This document shows, one piece after another, positions 1 through 10,917 of a stretch of DNA of 64,000 nucleotides. The position numbers were made by a program, and so were the translations under genes. Under the pieces are notes generated by a model. The model saw nothing but the letters and a program-made list of their open reading frames with translations, searched no databases and was not told the DNA's origin. This DNA is from Savitreella phatthalungensis (lineage: Eukaryota), in contig AP039698.1 of assembly GCA_051599415.1 (NCBI GenBank), positions 62,001-126,000 on the forward strand, written 5' to 3'. The stretch's first letter is position 1, and each line of letters begins with the position of its first letter.

Positions 1-2292
1 CGGCGCAAGTCTCTAATCATCTCCTCTCGGAATACGAGGTCACGTAATGACGTTATCAGAAGCTTCGATAGCTTAGTCGACGACAGACACGTCTCGGCCA
101 AGACGATTACACGACGGTATCTGAACCTTCGAAATGCTAGCGAAGTGACTGCTACGCTCGATTCACATGCGGCTCGACGGCTTGTTGGTCGGCTAATCTT
201 CGAGAAGCAGTTTTCGATCTTGGTCGAATTCTTGCTGGAGCTGAGCCTTGGAGAATCCGTCGAGCTGGTCGAGCAATCTTTGAATGGGCTACATGAGTCT
301 CAGAGACGGGATGCCATTCTGCGCATCGCGACTGTCTTTCGGAGGCTCAATCTTGCGAGTTTGACGAAACAAATGCTCGGGCAACTCGGCTTACCAACAC
401 CGATGCGCTTCACTCTTGAGCAGCTATCGAGAATGCTCGTCATGCTTGACGAGCTGCCCGCGCATCAGGTGGAGAAGCACGCAGAGTTTATCCTTCGGGC
501 TTCCGCTGCTTGGACAGGCGAGAACAAGTTGGACGAGTTTTCCCTGCTCACCCTCGTCCAGCGTGCGAATGACCTGGACATGCATGAATTTACCCAACAG
601 CTTGTTCGTGATCAAGGATCTCCACCGGAAGCACTTAAAATCCTGCTTACTGGACTGCCGGCGGAAGAAGCGGCTGTTGTCCTTCTTGAGGCAAGGGACG
701 ACAAGCATGCTGAGCCTTCGTGGACCATAGACTCTCTATGGTGTAGCGTCATTGATCGCACTGAGTCCTTCACGATGCTGGAGAAGTTGATGGCTCATGC
801 ACCGAAACATGACCGCGTGCTGGGACATATTGCCACTCAGGCCTTAAAATTTGGTGCTTCAGGCCAAAACTTAGCTGTGCTGCTTTGTCACAGCCTTTCG
901 GCTCGTCGTGCGCTTGCGGTTGTTCTACGAAGCATGGATACGAGCTCGCCGGGAGATCACAAAGCAATTCTGGAGAAACTACTGGGGCGAAATCCTGAGA
1001 TTGCCGAAGATGTCCTCGGTCACTTCTGCCGCTCTGTTGCATACGTGACACAAGGAGTCGATCAGCGCTATCCAATCGACCGTATTATAGCCGTGGTGTC
1101 GGCGATACAGTACCCAATCTCGGATCAGCTCGACTACAAGTTGACTCGTATCATGATGCATCGCTCAGCAGATGAGACACTGGCTTACATCCAGCTGCCC
1201 ACAGCGCCGCTGAAATCTATTGCTGCATTGCTAGCACAACACTTACGAATCAGGCGGCTCACTAATGCAGGTGAGTCGAATACGATTCGCGACCTGCTTA
1301 TTTCCACGGAAGAACAAGACAAGCTCGAACGAGGGGAAATTATTCTCGAGCATACCGAGCTGATGCCAGATAGCTTCTTCGTGGCGGTTTCAGAAGTGCT
1401 CGAACATCGCGGTATGAAAGGAGAGACTGCCACGACGGATTCTTCTTCTATTGTTGCAGCCTTCAAGATTCGAGACAACATGCTACTCGATTTAGCCCGC
1501 CTGCAGCCACCTATCGCAGCAGGTCTGATCCTTGAGCGCATCCGGTCACTGAGCAAGGAGACGGCTGCCGCGATAGTAAGATTACTCTCTCGCGGACACG
1601 CCGATATTCTAGCGTATCGCACACTGGAACGATTCGTTGGCGATGACTACGACGCATGCGCGCGTTTCGCCACGCGGATGGCTGCTGTGGATGGTGAGGT
1701 TTCAATGCGTTGCGTGGCGATGATGCGAGCTCGCGGTATTCCACCACGACGGCATCTGCTTCAGAGCCTCGTGCGAACACTGCAGTCGCCAGACCACGTG
1801 TGGGAATGCTGTATGCTCGCGGCCGAGCTGGGGATTCGACACGACAAGATCCTAGCCGCGGCACTGCTTCGCGATACGGTGCTTCGCCAGGGCCGCAATA
1901 CACCTATCGATCACTTGGCGGCTGTTCTGTCTGCTGCAGAGGGTCACCGCTCGTATACTGAGATCGCAAGCGCACTCGCGGCCTGGCAGCGATACGAAAG
2001 ACCGTACTCAAAAGCCCCTCGCTCTTTGCAAGCGCTCGTGCAGGTGATGCTCCAGCGACAGAGTTTCAAGTCACGTCAGGCGTATGCGAAAGCCGCAAAA
2101 GAAGCGGCGGAGCAATACTTAGAGGTGATTGAGGACACAGAATTGGCTAAGAGCCATTTATCCGAGGAGCAAGTGGCTGCCGACATTTCAAGCATTCAAG
2201 TTTCTGATGCTGTAAAGGGGGACAGAGAAAGCAACGATGACGGTAACGACAGACGTGATGAAGATACAGAAAAGGTATCTATGCGATCGTAG
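1..2292 (+). CDS. Helical-repeat (degenerate PPR-like) hypothetical protein, 5' end outside window
   Basis: Frame is open from base 1 to TAG 2290-2292; the ORF-track start at 145 is a GTG. Leu/Ala-rich helical sequence with PPR-like segments (RCVAMMRARGIPPRRHLLQSLV; MLAAELGIRHDKILAAALL). Product is tentative. Confidence 0.55.
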   Translation, partial: RRKSLIISSRNTRSRNDVIRSFDSLVDDRHVSAKTITRRYLNLRNASEVTATLDSHAARRLVGRLIFEKQFSILVEFLLELSLGESVELVEQSLNGLHESQRRDAILRIATVFRRLNLASLTKQMLGQLGLPTPMRFTLEQLSRMLVMLDELPAHQVEKHAEFILRASAAWTGENKLDEFSLLTLVQRANDLDMHEFTQQLVRDQGSPPEALKILLTGLPAEEAAVVLLEARDDKHAEPSWTIDSLWCSVIDRTESFTMLEKLMAHAPKHDRVLGHIATQALKFGASGQNLAVLLCHSLSARRALAVVLRSMDTSSPGDHKAILEKLLGRNPEIAEDVLGHFCRSVAYVTQGVDQRYPIDRIIAVVSAIQYPISDQLDYKLTRIMMHRSADETLAYIQLPTAPLKSIAALLAQHLRIRRLTNAGESNTIRDLLISTEEQDKLERGEIILEHTELMPDSFFVAVSEVLEHRGMKGETATTDSSSIVAAFKIRDNMLLDLARLQPPIAAGLILERIRSLSKETAAAIVRLLSRGHADILAYRTLERFVGDDYDACARFATRMAAVDGEVSMRCVAMMRARGIPPRRHLLQSLVRTLQSPDHVWECCMLAAELGIRHDKILAAALLRDTVLRQGRNTPIDHLAAVLSAAEGHRSYTEIASALAAWQRYERPYSKAPRSLQALVQVMLQRQSFKSRQAYAKAAKEAAEQYLEVIEDTELAKSHLSEEQVAADISSIQVSDAVKGDRESNDDGNDRRDEDTEKVSMRS

Positions 2293-2935
2293 ACAGAATT
2301 GTCTGAATTGTACGAGAGTCTTCCCGAGTTTTCGAATGATTGCCGCAAGTGCCCACGAGCCCTACAAATTCACAGCATATGGGCTTCGAGATCCTGTTCA
2401 TGCGGCTGCCCATATGTGGCCAGAACTAGTGTTCCACGTGCAAGGACGTATGCACATATAGTATGGCTCATATACACCACAATTGCTTTTTCGAATGCAT
2501 GACAAGTAAGTACAAAATGTCAATTGCCTATTGTCATAGAACATGATCACTATATACAGCTTACCACACATGCTGCAGGAAGGAAAAGTTGAACTTGATT
2601 TCAATCCCTATGATATATATCCCTGATATCGAAGCAACAGAATTGCGCACATGATCGATCATGATCATGCATCGAATCGTCGGATATAAATTTACAAATA
2701 TTCACAGTACTGTACTATAGTACGTACTGTATGTAATTCATATAGAAATTGAATTTATATACGTACGTAGGTACTTAATTACGTGCAAAGCTGGCTGGCT
2801 GGTCGATGCATATATGACGTAGATACGTATTTTGATCATATGTAAGGCCTGCATGAGCTCAAATCGAAATCATAATTTGAAAATTGGAGCAATCAAATGG
2901 CGTGCCTGTGACACGCACAAACTTCATAATAATCA

Positions 2936-2967
2936 ATATCCATATCCATATCCATATCCATATCCAT
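2936..2967. repeat. (CCATAT)n hexamer microsatellite in OSH upstream region
   Basis: atatccatatccatatccatatccatatccat seen directly. Confidence 0.9.
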
Positions 2968-3453
2968 GCCCATCGATCAATCAACATTGGCAGGCAGGCC
3001 AGCAAACAGCACGACGGAGCGACTACCGCACTACCCGTCAGCACACACATACACACACAACCGGCTGCATGGTGTGTATGGCTCATACCCTCCAATGACT
3101 ATAGACAGATAAAAGCATGATGTTTTAATTAGAAGGCATTACAGGAGTGAACAACCTTTGAGGAGACAAGCCTCACTACCAACCAAGGATCGACTAAAGC
3201 ATTCCGTACTGTCAGATCATCTTGCCGCCATCCCTGGTGTGGTTGGAAGCCGAACTATCTGTCACGTCCGAGGGATATCGACTGTCCAACCAGAGCTTTC
3301 GAGCTGCGAAGACATCAATTCTACCACGATTAGCGTCGCAGGTCAATTAACTCTCAAGGCCTCCTCAAGCCAGATCTGCACTCTACGACAAGAACCAAAG
3401 AGAGCTCCAGAAGACAATAAAGGACAAAGATCCGCGAGGAATCTTCAACGAGA

Positions 3454-5115
3454 ATGAGTGCTGAAGCTGCAAGCGATGCCGAAAAAGGGCGTGCTGCAGA
3501 TGCCGTCGCCGCTAATGAGGAAGCTGCTTCTCAGGGAGAATCAGGCAAAATCAAGATGATCATGTCCATCCTCCGCCAGTTCATCGGTGTTAAGGATATG
3601 GCCGCTGTGCGATTCTCACTTCCGTCTCAGCTTCTAGAGCCAGTTCCAAATCTCGAATACTGGAACTATCTCGACAGGCCCGAATACTTCGTGAGTATAT
3701 CGGAACCAGAAGAAGAGCTTGAGCGCATGCTGGCTGTCATCCGGTGGCTCTTCACAAAGGACGTCAAGCTGATCAACGGAAAGGTGTGCAAGCCTTACAA
3801 TTCTGTGCTGGGTGAGTTCTTCAGGTGTCATTGGGACATCGACGCTTTGCCAAGTCTCGGTGTCTCGGCTGCGCAGCTGCTGCCGACGGACAGCGCAGAG
3901 ACCGTACAAGCAGAACAAAAGTCCTCGCGTTTCAAGCCTTCCTTCAGCCGGAAGAGCACTGCCGCATCCGTTGCGTCGACTCGTTCAGCTTCGCCAACAG
4001 GCTCAATCGAGAGCACCGGAGGATCCGCTGGGGATAGTAGCAGCGCACGTGGCGAACCCCAGCTTACACGACTCGATAAACCCGTACGGTGCGGTTTTAT
4101 CTGTGAACAGACTTCGCATCATCCTCCTATTTCAGCATTCATGTACTCCTGTCCAGAGAAAGGAATTACAGCTTACGGCATGGATCAGCTCGCAGCAAAA
4201 TTCACTGGCACAAGTGTCAAGGTACAAAGCGGTGAGTTCAACCACGGCATCTTCGTCAATCTTGCTGAGCGAGGCGATGAGGAATATCAGTGCAAACATC
4301 CCTCTGCTTCTGTTTCTGGCTTCCTCCGTGGTGCGCTATATGCCGCCATCCAGGATGATGCCGTCATCACGTGTCCCAAAACAAAACTCAAGGCCATCAT
4401 TGCTTACAAGGATGATCCGTGGATCGGCAAGCCCAAATTCGCTGTGGAAGGTGCTATCTTTCGGTACGAGCCAGGCAAACCGTCGCCACGCCATTTGAAG
4501 GATGTAGCCGAGTCCGACATTTTGGCACGTATCGATGGTTGCTACAAGAAGCGCATCTATGTGACGCCAGCACGAACTTCTCGCAGCACGGGTGAGCAGA
4601 AATACCTCCTGGTCGATCTGTCAGACATGTCACCGGTGCAGAAAAAAGTGCCTGCAGCAGCTGAGCAGCAAGCGAACGAGTCACGGCAGGTCTGGGCGCG
4701 GGTGACTGACGCGATGTCTCGGAAGGAGTTCACACGTGCCACGCGGGAGAAGAACGTGGTCGAAGACGAGCAGCGAGCGCTTGCAAAACAGCGCAAAGTC
4801 GATGGCCGGCGGCATCAGGCGGTCCTGTTTGACGGTGTCGATCAAGCTGGTAACGTACACGACGTCGACTATGATCCCAAGGTGGACGAACTACCTGGGG
4901 AGGACGCTTCTGACGCCGTCAATGGTGATGCCAACCCGAATGCTGACACTGCAAGCATCGCAGCATCTTCGAGAGCCTCGTTCCAGTCTGCTAGATCGCG
5001 CGCTTCCGCAACAGGTACCCAACGCCTCCAGCAAATATCCGCTCGCGAGTTCGACGGCAGGCCTCGTCTAACAGCCGCCGGTCAGCGGATGCTTCAATCG
5101 CAACTCGATGCCTGA
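3454..5115 (+). CDS. OSH6: Oxysterol-binding protein, Osh6/Osh7 subfamily
   Basis: RFSLPSQLLEP..NLEYWNYLDRP, KPYNSVLGEFF and OSBP signature EQTSHHPPISA. OSH6 and OSH7 cannot be distinguished. Confidence 0.92.
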   Translation: MSAEAASDAEKGRAADAVAANEEAASQGESGKIKMIMSILRQFIGVKDMAAVRFSLPSQLLEPVPNLEYWNYLDRPEYFVSISEPEEELERMLAVIRWLFTKDVKLINGKVCKPYNSVLGEFFRCHWDIDALPSLGVSAAQLLPTDSAETVQAEQKSSRFKPSFSRKSTAASVASTRSASPTGSIESTGGSAGDSSSARGEPQLTRLDKPVRCGFICEQTSHHPPISAFMYSCPEKGITAYGMDQLAAKFTGTSVKVQSGEFNHGIFVNLAERGDEEYQCKHPSASVSGFLRGALYAAIQDDAVITCPKTKLKAIIAYKDDPWIGKPKFAVEGAIFRYEPGKPSPRHLKDVAESDILARIDGCYKKRIYVTPARTSRSTGEQKYLLVDLSDMSPVQKKVPAAAEQQANESRQVWARVTDAMSRKEFTRATREKNVVEDEQRALAKQRKVDGRRHQAVLFDGVDQAGNVHDVDYDPKVDELPGEDASDAVNGDANPNADTASIAASSRASFQSARSRASATGTQRLQQISAREFDGRPRLTAAGQRMLQSQLDA

Positions 5116-5358
5116 CCACTCTGCATGATCAATGGAGATTGAGAACTCGATGGCTAGGACAACGACGGGACGAGCTAAACACTCGTTCGGCCTAGATTGT
5201 CTGGGGGGATTTGGAGGCGAACATTCGGAAGGCACTACTTTATACAGCTTTAACGTCATTGAATCCGTGTAGGTGTACGTATACGTGAGAATGGAAGTCT
5301 ACAATGAGAAGGCAGTTTGATCACGCGCTTCCGAAGTCATCGTGAGAGACGATTTCGC

Positions 5359-5556
5359 CTAGTCTAAGGCGACCTTGCCCTTCGCCCCCTTATGAGCCTT
5401 ACCGCGGCCGCCTGAGCCGCGAGAAGCTTTCTGCGAACGCTTGGTGCTCGCCCTATCCGAACCACTGGAAGGACCAGAGGAGCCTGCAGAAGTCGCTGTC
5501 ATGGGACGTGACGATACAGTGTCTGTCTCTGCTGCTGAGCTAAATTGATCATCGTC

Positions 5557-5587
<31 letters not shown>

Positions 5588-7287
5588 AGAGCTCGACCGG
5601 TAGGGGAATCGATCTCCGGTTCTGTGAGGGCGGTGGCTGTTGTCATGTCGTCAGAAGAATCAAAATCGACATCATCTTCGCCCGCGGCACTACTGGAAGC
5701 AGCAGACACTGGTCCATCGGCAGCAAGACCGGTGACTGAAGGCGGATTCCTAATAAGGTGCGACGGCTTCCTGGTCACGCGACCATTGTGGCGTGCATGT
5801 TGCGATGAGGGTGATGGGAGTGCGCTGGCACCGAGGGGGCGTGATCCGCCGGCTCCATTGAAACGGTCAACCGACCGACGGGTGGTGATAGATACCGAGG
5901 CAATGCTGCTCTGCCGTGACAACGTTCCAAGTCCGGGGGATGGACCGTCAAGCTCATAATCGCTTTCGCCGCCACTGGCAGTCGAGCCAGTTGTGCTAGC
6001 GCGGCCAACCCTGCTGGACTGTCCAGCCAGGACTTTGCCTCTCCGCGCGGATTGCTGCTGCCGCCGCGAGGAGCCGATGCGCTGTTCATCGTCAAGATTG
6101 AGCGCATCAAGGTCGTCGCTACTCTCCTCTTCACCGATATCGAAATCGTCCAATTCGACCGCGGCAGAGTCATTAAAGTGAGCCCAGCCATCAGCATCGT
6201 CTCCTTCCATATCGACAGGGTCATACTGGCCGTCGCTCCGAATCCTGCTTGCCCAGTCGCCCGACGGATCTCCCAAGGTGACGGTCTCATACTCGAATCG
6301 AGTGAGCTTGGTGGGATCGACGCGAGGTAGGAAGTATCTGCGCGCAACATAATAGCATCCGGCTGCGAGCATAGAGCCACCGATGAGATCAACGAAGTAG
6401 TGGTGCGTCAAATACATGGTCGACCACCAAATCCACAGGACGTATGCAAAGAAGTAGCGACGGAAGCGAGGGAAGCAATGGGCGAGGAATAACGCCTCGA
6501 TCGTTGCTGAACCAGAGTGCAGAGACGGGAATGCACCAAATACCATCGGAGAAGCCGTGAATGTACTCGTGTACGTCGATGTGCCGAACAACTGGTCTAT
6601 GCGGGCCAGACCTCCTGGAGAGCCCGGCATGCCATAATTGGCTGGAGCTAGGCCGTAGAGATTTTCATACCACGGTGGTGAGCATGGGAAGAGAATCTGG
6701 ATAATCACGCCGATGATGTTCATATAGCCAAAGCTGATGGCAAAGATTGGCACCGTGAGTGGCGGTCCGAAGATGAACATGACAGCGCTGCACGCGAATG
6801 GCGCCCCGAAGTGGATCACACCGTATGGGAGCCAACCGAGGACATCCAGCACGGGATTTGTGTGCTTTGCCAGGATGTTGGAGATGTTGGCACCGTACAG
6901 GATGTTCTCTAATGCTGGGAGGACACGCACTGAGATCGGCGGTCTGTAGTCTGCAGGGATGAAGCGTGCAGAGAAGAAGAAGATAAGCCAAGTGGCGACT
7001 GGCAGGAAAGGAAGGAAAAATTGTGAAAGGATGGGCACAAGCAAGAGTGTGCCAAGAAATGCAGCGAACGCGAGCTTGAATAGGACTGGCGCCTGTGCAA
7101 TGCAGAATGCGAAGAATAGCAGGAATGCGAGGAAGGCATAATGCAGATCGAGCTTTCGCCACTGATGCCGCCGCAGTCGTTCAATCGAAAGTTTTGGGTC
7201 GAAGCTGAAGTCGATCTTGGAGAGATCAGTCTTCGGCATCTGGTCGAACCGCGCTATTGCGCGTCTCAAGGAAGTCGTGATCGCCAT
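5359..7287 (-). CDS. AUR1: Inositol phosphorylceramide synthase catalytic subunit (aureobasidin A target) with long low-complexity C-tail
   Basis: RPPISVRVLPALENILYG, PPWYENLYGLAPANY.MPGSPGGLARID, FGAFPSLHSG, STMYLTHHYFVDLIGG. Confidence 0.96.
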
Positions 7288-8717
7288 TTCGTCTGTATTT
7301 CAGGATCGAGGTGGATGATGCTGACGGCCGTGCCGAGGAGGAAGCTGTGGAAATGCGGATCTCGAGCACGGACAGCCTTCGCAGAATTTCACCAGATGGT
7401 CTATGAGCTGCGCACTGGCCGTGATCGTTGCAGCGCGAGGATGATGGCTGGGCGCACGAGAACTGATCTACCCGATCATCTGCAGATGCCAAGCTGGCGA
7501 TTAGGGCTTGCGGATGCGGTGACTCGGACCTGACTCGGCCGTGCTAAAACGTGACAAGCCGTGGGTCCAGTCGACGGCTGATGACGAGAGAGCTTGAAGT
7601 TCTGTGGAAGAGTCTGTGCGGATTCTAAGTTTGTATAGTGCGAGATGGGAATCTGTAGAAGTCCGTGGTCAATGTCCCTTGCTGCTTGGTACTGGCGATA
7701 GCTCGACACTGTAAACCACACGCCCACACCCACACACAACTGTGCATACATACAAGGCATTTCATGCTTGACTTGAGAGTGGATGCATACTTTGGTCTGT
7801 TGTTTGTTCCTACAATAAACCCAACTAACTTCTTCAAACTGTTTTGAGATGGAGTCAAGGGGAAAAGGGAGAAATTATCAAACTAGCTTCACACCTCGTC
7901 TAGATAAGATTTGTCTGGGACTACTTTTTGACTGATTCTGAATTGGCTCACTTCGTGTTCTACTCTACCAATCTATGGCTCGTCTATGGCTCGTCTATCC
8001 TGTTCTCCATGATCAGATTAAGAATAGAGAGAAATTCAAACGCGCGTGACTTATTGATTTTCCCTCGGCTAGCAGATACACATGGCTAATGACTTGATGC
8101 GCAACCTGACAGAGGTCAGTTTTTGAATTTCCAATGCTGCCTGTTCAGGACCAGCATTAACCCGGACCTCGCTAAGAAGAAATGAAAATATATCGGGCCG
8201 GCGAGTGGACAAGACAGATGCCGACTCTGATCCAAATTAGATTGAGGATGTCGAAACAATTCTGACGCTCATTAGATCCAAGGCACGCCAGGGTGTCTGC
8301 GGGTTTGTCCGTGACAGGTCGGCTTTATCCGCACACTTCTCAGTCTGTGTTGATTGGTCTTCGGCGTTCTCGGACTCTTGCTAACTTCCGTTCATGACCT
8401 GTACTAAGTTTCAACCTTCGTCAATGGACATTTTGAACGATTCTTTCTGGTTGATGCATGAAGAATGAAGTCATCGGACCGTTTTCCCACCAATTTTACT
8501 TTCCGGGCAATGCCACCAAAATATTGAGACCGAGTTTCTTCGCACCGAGGAGAGCTGATCAAACAGAATGGTCAGGCTTGATTACTGGCGACTGTGCGTA
8601 TGGACAGACAGATAGATAAATTCTTCGTGCATTTCCCCCGTCATTGAGCTGCGATTCAAGAAGTACCTTACTCCATTAAACCAGCTCTGCGCGACTGTCT
8701 CTTGATCTACCCAAACT

Positions 8718-8724
8718 TTAGTAA
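8718..8724 (+). promoter_or_regulatory. Candidate Yap1/Pap1 response element upstream of TRR1
   Basis: TTAGTAA about 0.9 kb upstream of TRR1, a known Yap1/Pap1 target in yeasts. A single 7-mer could be chance. Confidence 0.3.
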
Positions 8725-9623
8725 GACGCTACAACTGTGAAAGGCACGGGCGTTACGGACAATGGATCCAGTCCAGCTGAACTGAGTCAATGTGATGATG
8801 TTGATTGTAGTAATGGTGCAAAACGTGTATGCGTGGTTGTCCTTGCGATCGGCCATCATTCATTCCAGTTGTCAAGATCACGCGACCAGAACACTCGAGA
8901 TCTGTCATCAGATGCATGGATGGCGTGCATCTTTGATTGTGATTAATTGATTGCCGTCGATCGAAGTAATTGCAAATCAGACTTTTTCATGCATCGATCA
9001 GATGGAAGGATTGGAAATTCCAGGTCATGACAATTCCGATGGATTCTGGACTCAGATTTAGGAACGGAATTTTCTTATTTGAATTAAAAATTTGATTATG
9101 GTTTTGATTTCCAGGAATATATCTTCTATTCCGCTATTGATGCATGTTCTATAGTCTCTTCAAAACCACAACCATCAAACATATCCGCACAGCCGCGACC
9201 GCCAGTAGCTTGAAGCACGCAGGCCAGCCAAGCATCTCTATTCACATATGTCCACATTCACATTCACACCCATATCCACATCCACCCGCCCACGGCCGTG
9301 ACAAACTTAAAGCACATGATCGAACGTACGTACAAACAGTACATGTGCTTAACTACATACTGAGGCAAATCACCCAAGATCTATTTCTGCAAAGCTCATC
9401 TTCTTTCGACCACACAACGTTCGTGAGTCTTTAGTTTTGAAAGGCTGCTGCCAACGATAGATCTCTCATCACGCTCTCTCGAACCTCCCACACACTGGCA
9501 GGACGTATCACATCCCTAAAGAGACTTACTGCCGTCTCATCAGTCCTCTCAGCTACAGCTCATACTCGTCAGAATAGCAGTAGTACTTCCGCTTCAGCAA
9601 GCGCTTCAGCTACTTCTTTAAGC

Positions 9624-10679
9624 ATGGCAAAGCACACACCAGTCATCATCATCGGCAGTGGACCGGCCGGTCACACTGCCGCAATCTACCTATCTCGCGC
9701 AGAGCTGAAGCCTCTGATGTTTGAAGGCATGCTAGCGAACGGGATTGCTGCAGGAGGTCAATTGACCACGACCACGGACGTAGAGAACTTCCCTGGATTT
9801 CCAAAGGGCATAGGAGGCACAGAGCTCATGGATGCCATGCGGGCGCAGTCGGAGCGATTTGGCACGACTATCGAGACAGAGACCATCGCAAAGGTAGATC
9901 TTTCCAAGCGTCCATTCAAATTGTGGCGTGAGGGCTTCGAAGACAAGGAAGACTCTCCTACAGATACATGCGATGCACTCATCATCGCCACAGGCGCCTC
10001 TGCCCGTAGGCTCCACTTGCCTGGAGAAGAGGAGTACTGGCAGAACGGCATCAGCGCTTGCGCCGTCTGCGATGGCGCCGTCCCAATCTTCCGCAACAAG
10101 CCACTTGCCGTCGTCGGAGGCGGTGACTCTGCTGCTGAGGAGGCTCTTTTCCTGACAAAGTATGGCTCAAAGGTGTACGTGCTCGTTAGGCGAGATGCCC
10201 TGCGTGCATCGGCAGTCATGTCAAAGCGCTTGCTAGCTCACCCAAAGGTCGAGGTCCTTTGGAACACCACCACAGAGTCCTGCCATGGCGACAAGGATTC
10301 CGGCCTGCTCACCCACTTGCGTATCAAGGATGTCAAGTCCGGCGAGTCCCGTGACCTCCAAGTGAACGGCCTGTTCTACGCCATCGGCCATGACCCAGCC
10401 ACCCAGCTCTTTGCAGAACAAGTCGATGTGGATGAGGACAAGTACATTCGTACGGTCGCCGGCACGACACAGACCTCTGTCGAAGGTGTCTTTGCCGCTG
10501 GAGATGTCCAGGACAAGAAGTACCGCCAGGCCATCACGTCCGCTGGCTCAGGCTGCATGGCTGCACTCGAGTGCGAGAAGTTCCTTGCAGACGAAGGTGA
10601 TGCGGCTCCAGCAATCGAGGAGCAGGCAGGCGACAAGGGAGGATCTTACTCAGAGAACCCCCTCGTCAAGGACACTTAG
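9624..10679 (+). CDS. TRR1: Thioredoxin reductase (low-MW type); possible non-AUG N-terminal extension from 9471
   Basis: [31 protein letters not shown], active site [18 protein letters not shown]. Confidence 0.98.
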   Translation: MAKHTPVIIIGSGPAGHTAAIYLSRAELKPLMFEGMLANGIAAGGQLTTTTDVENFPGFPKGIGGTELMDAMRAQSERFGTTIETETIAKVDLSKRPFKLWREGFEDKEDSPTDTCDALIIATGASARRLHLPGEEEYWQNGISACAVCDGAVPIFRNKPLAVVGGGDSAAEEALFLTKYGSKVYVLVRRDALRASAVMSKRLLAHPKVEVLWNTTTESCHGDKDSGLLTHLRIKDVKSGESRDLQVNGLFYAIGHDPATQLFAEQVDVDEDKYIRTVAGTTQTSVEGVFAAGDVQDKKYRQAITSAGSGCMAALECEKFLADEGDAAPAIEEQAGDKGGSYSENPLVKDT

Positions 10680-10917
10680 GTCCTGCCACCTGGATTCCCA
10701 AGTTCCTATTTACAACCTATCACTCATACACAATATATCATGCATGGCGGGTCATTCATATATTGTGACTCCACATCCGTTCGTGGTGTAATGATCGGCC
10801 GGTCTAGTGCCATTCGTCCTTGTCTTTGTCATTAGATGTCGCGAGAGTACGAGTGTCATGACCAATGCAGCTGTCGCGTCTGTCAGAGGCAGGGAACTCA
10901 CTTTCCCGTGATCGTAT

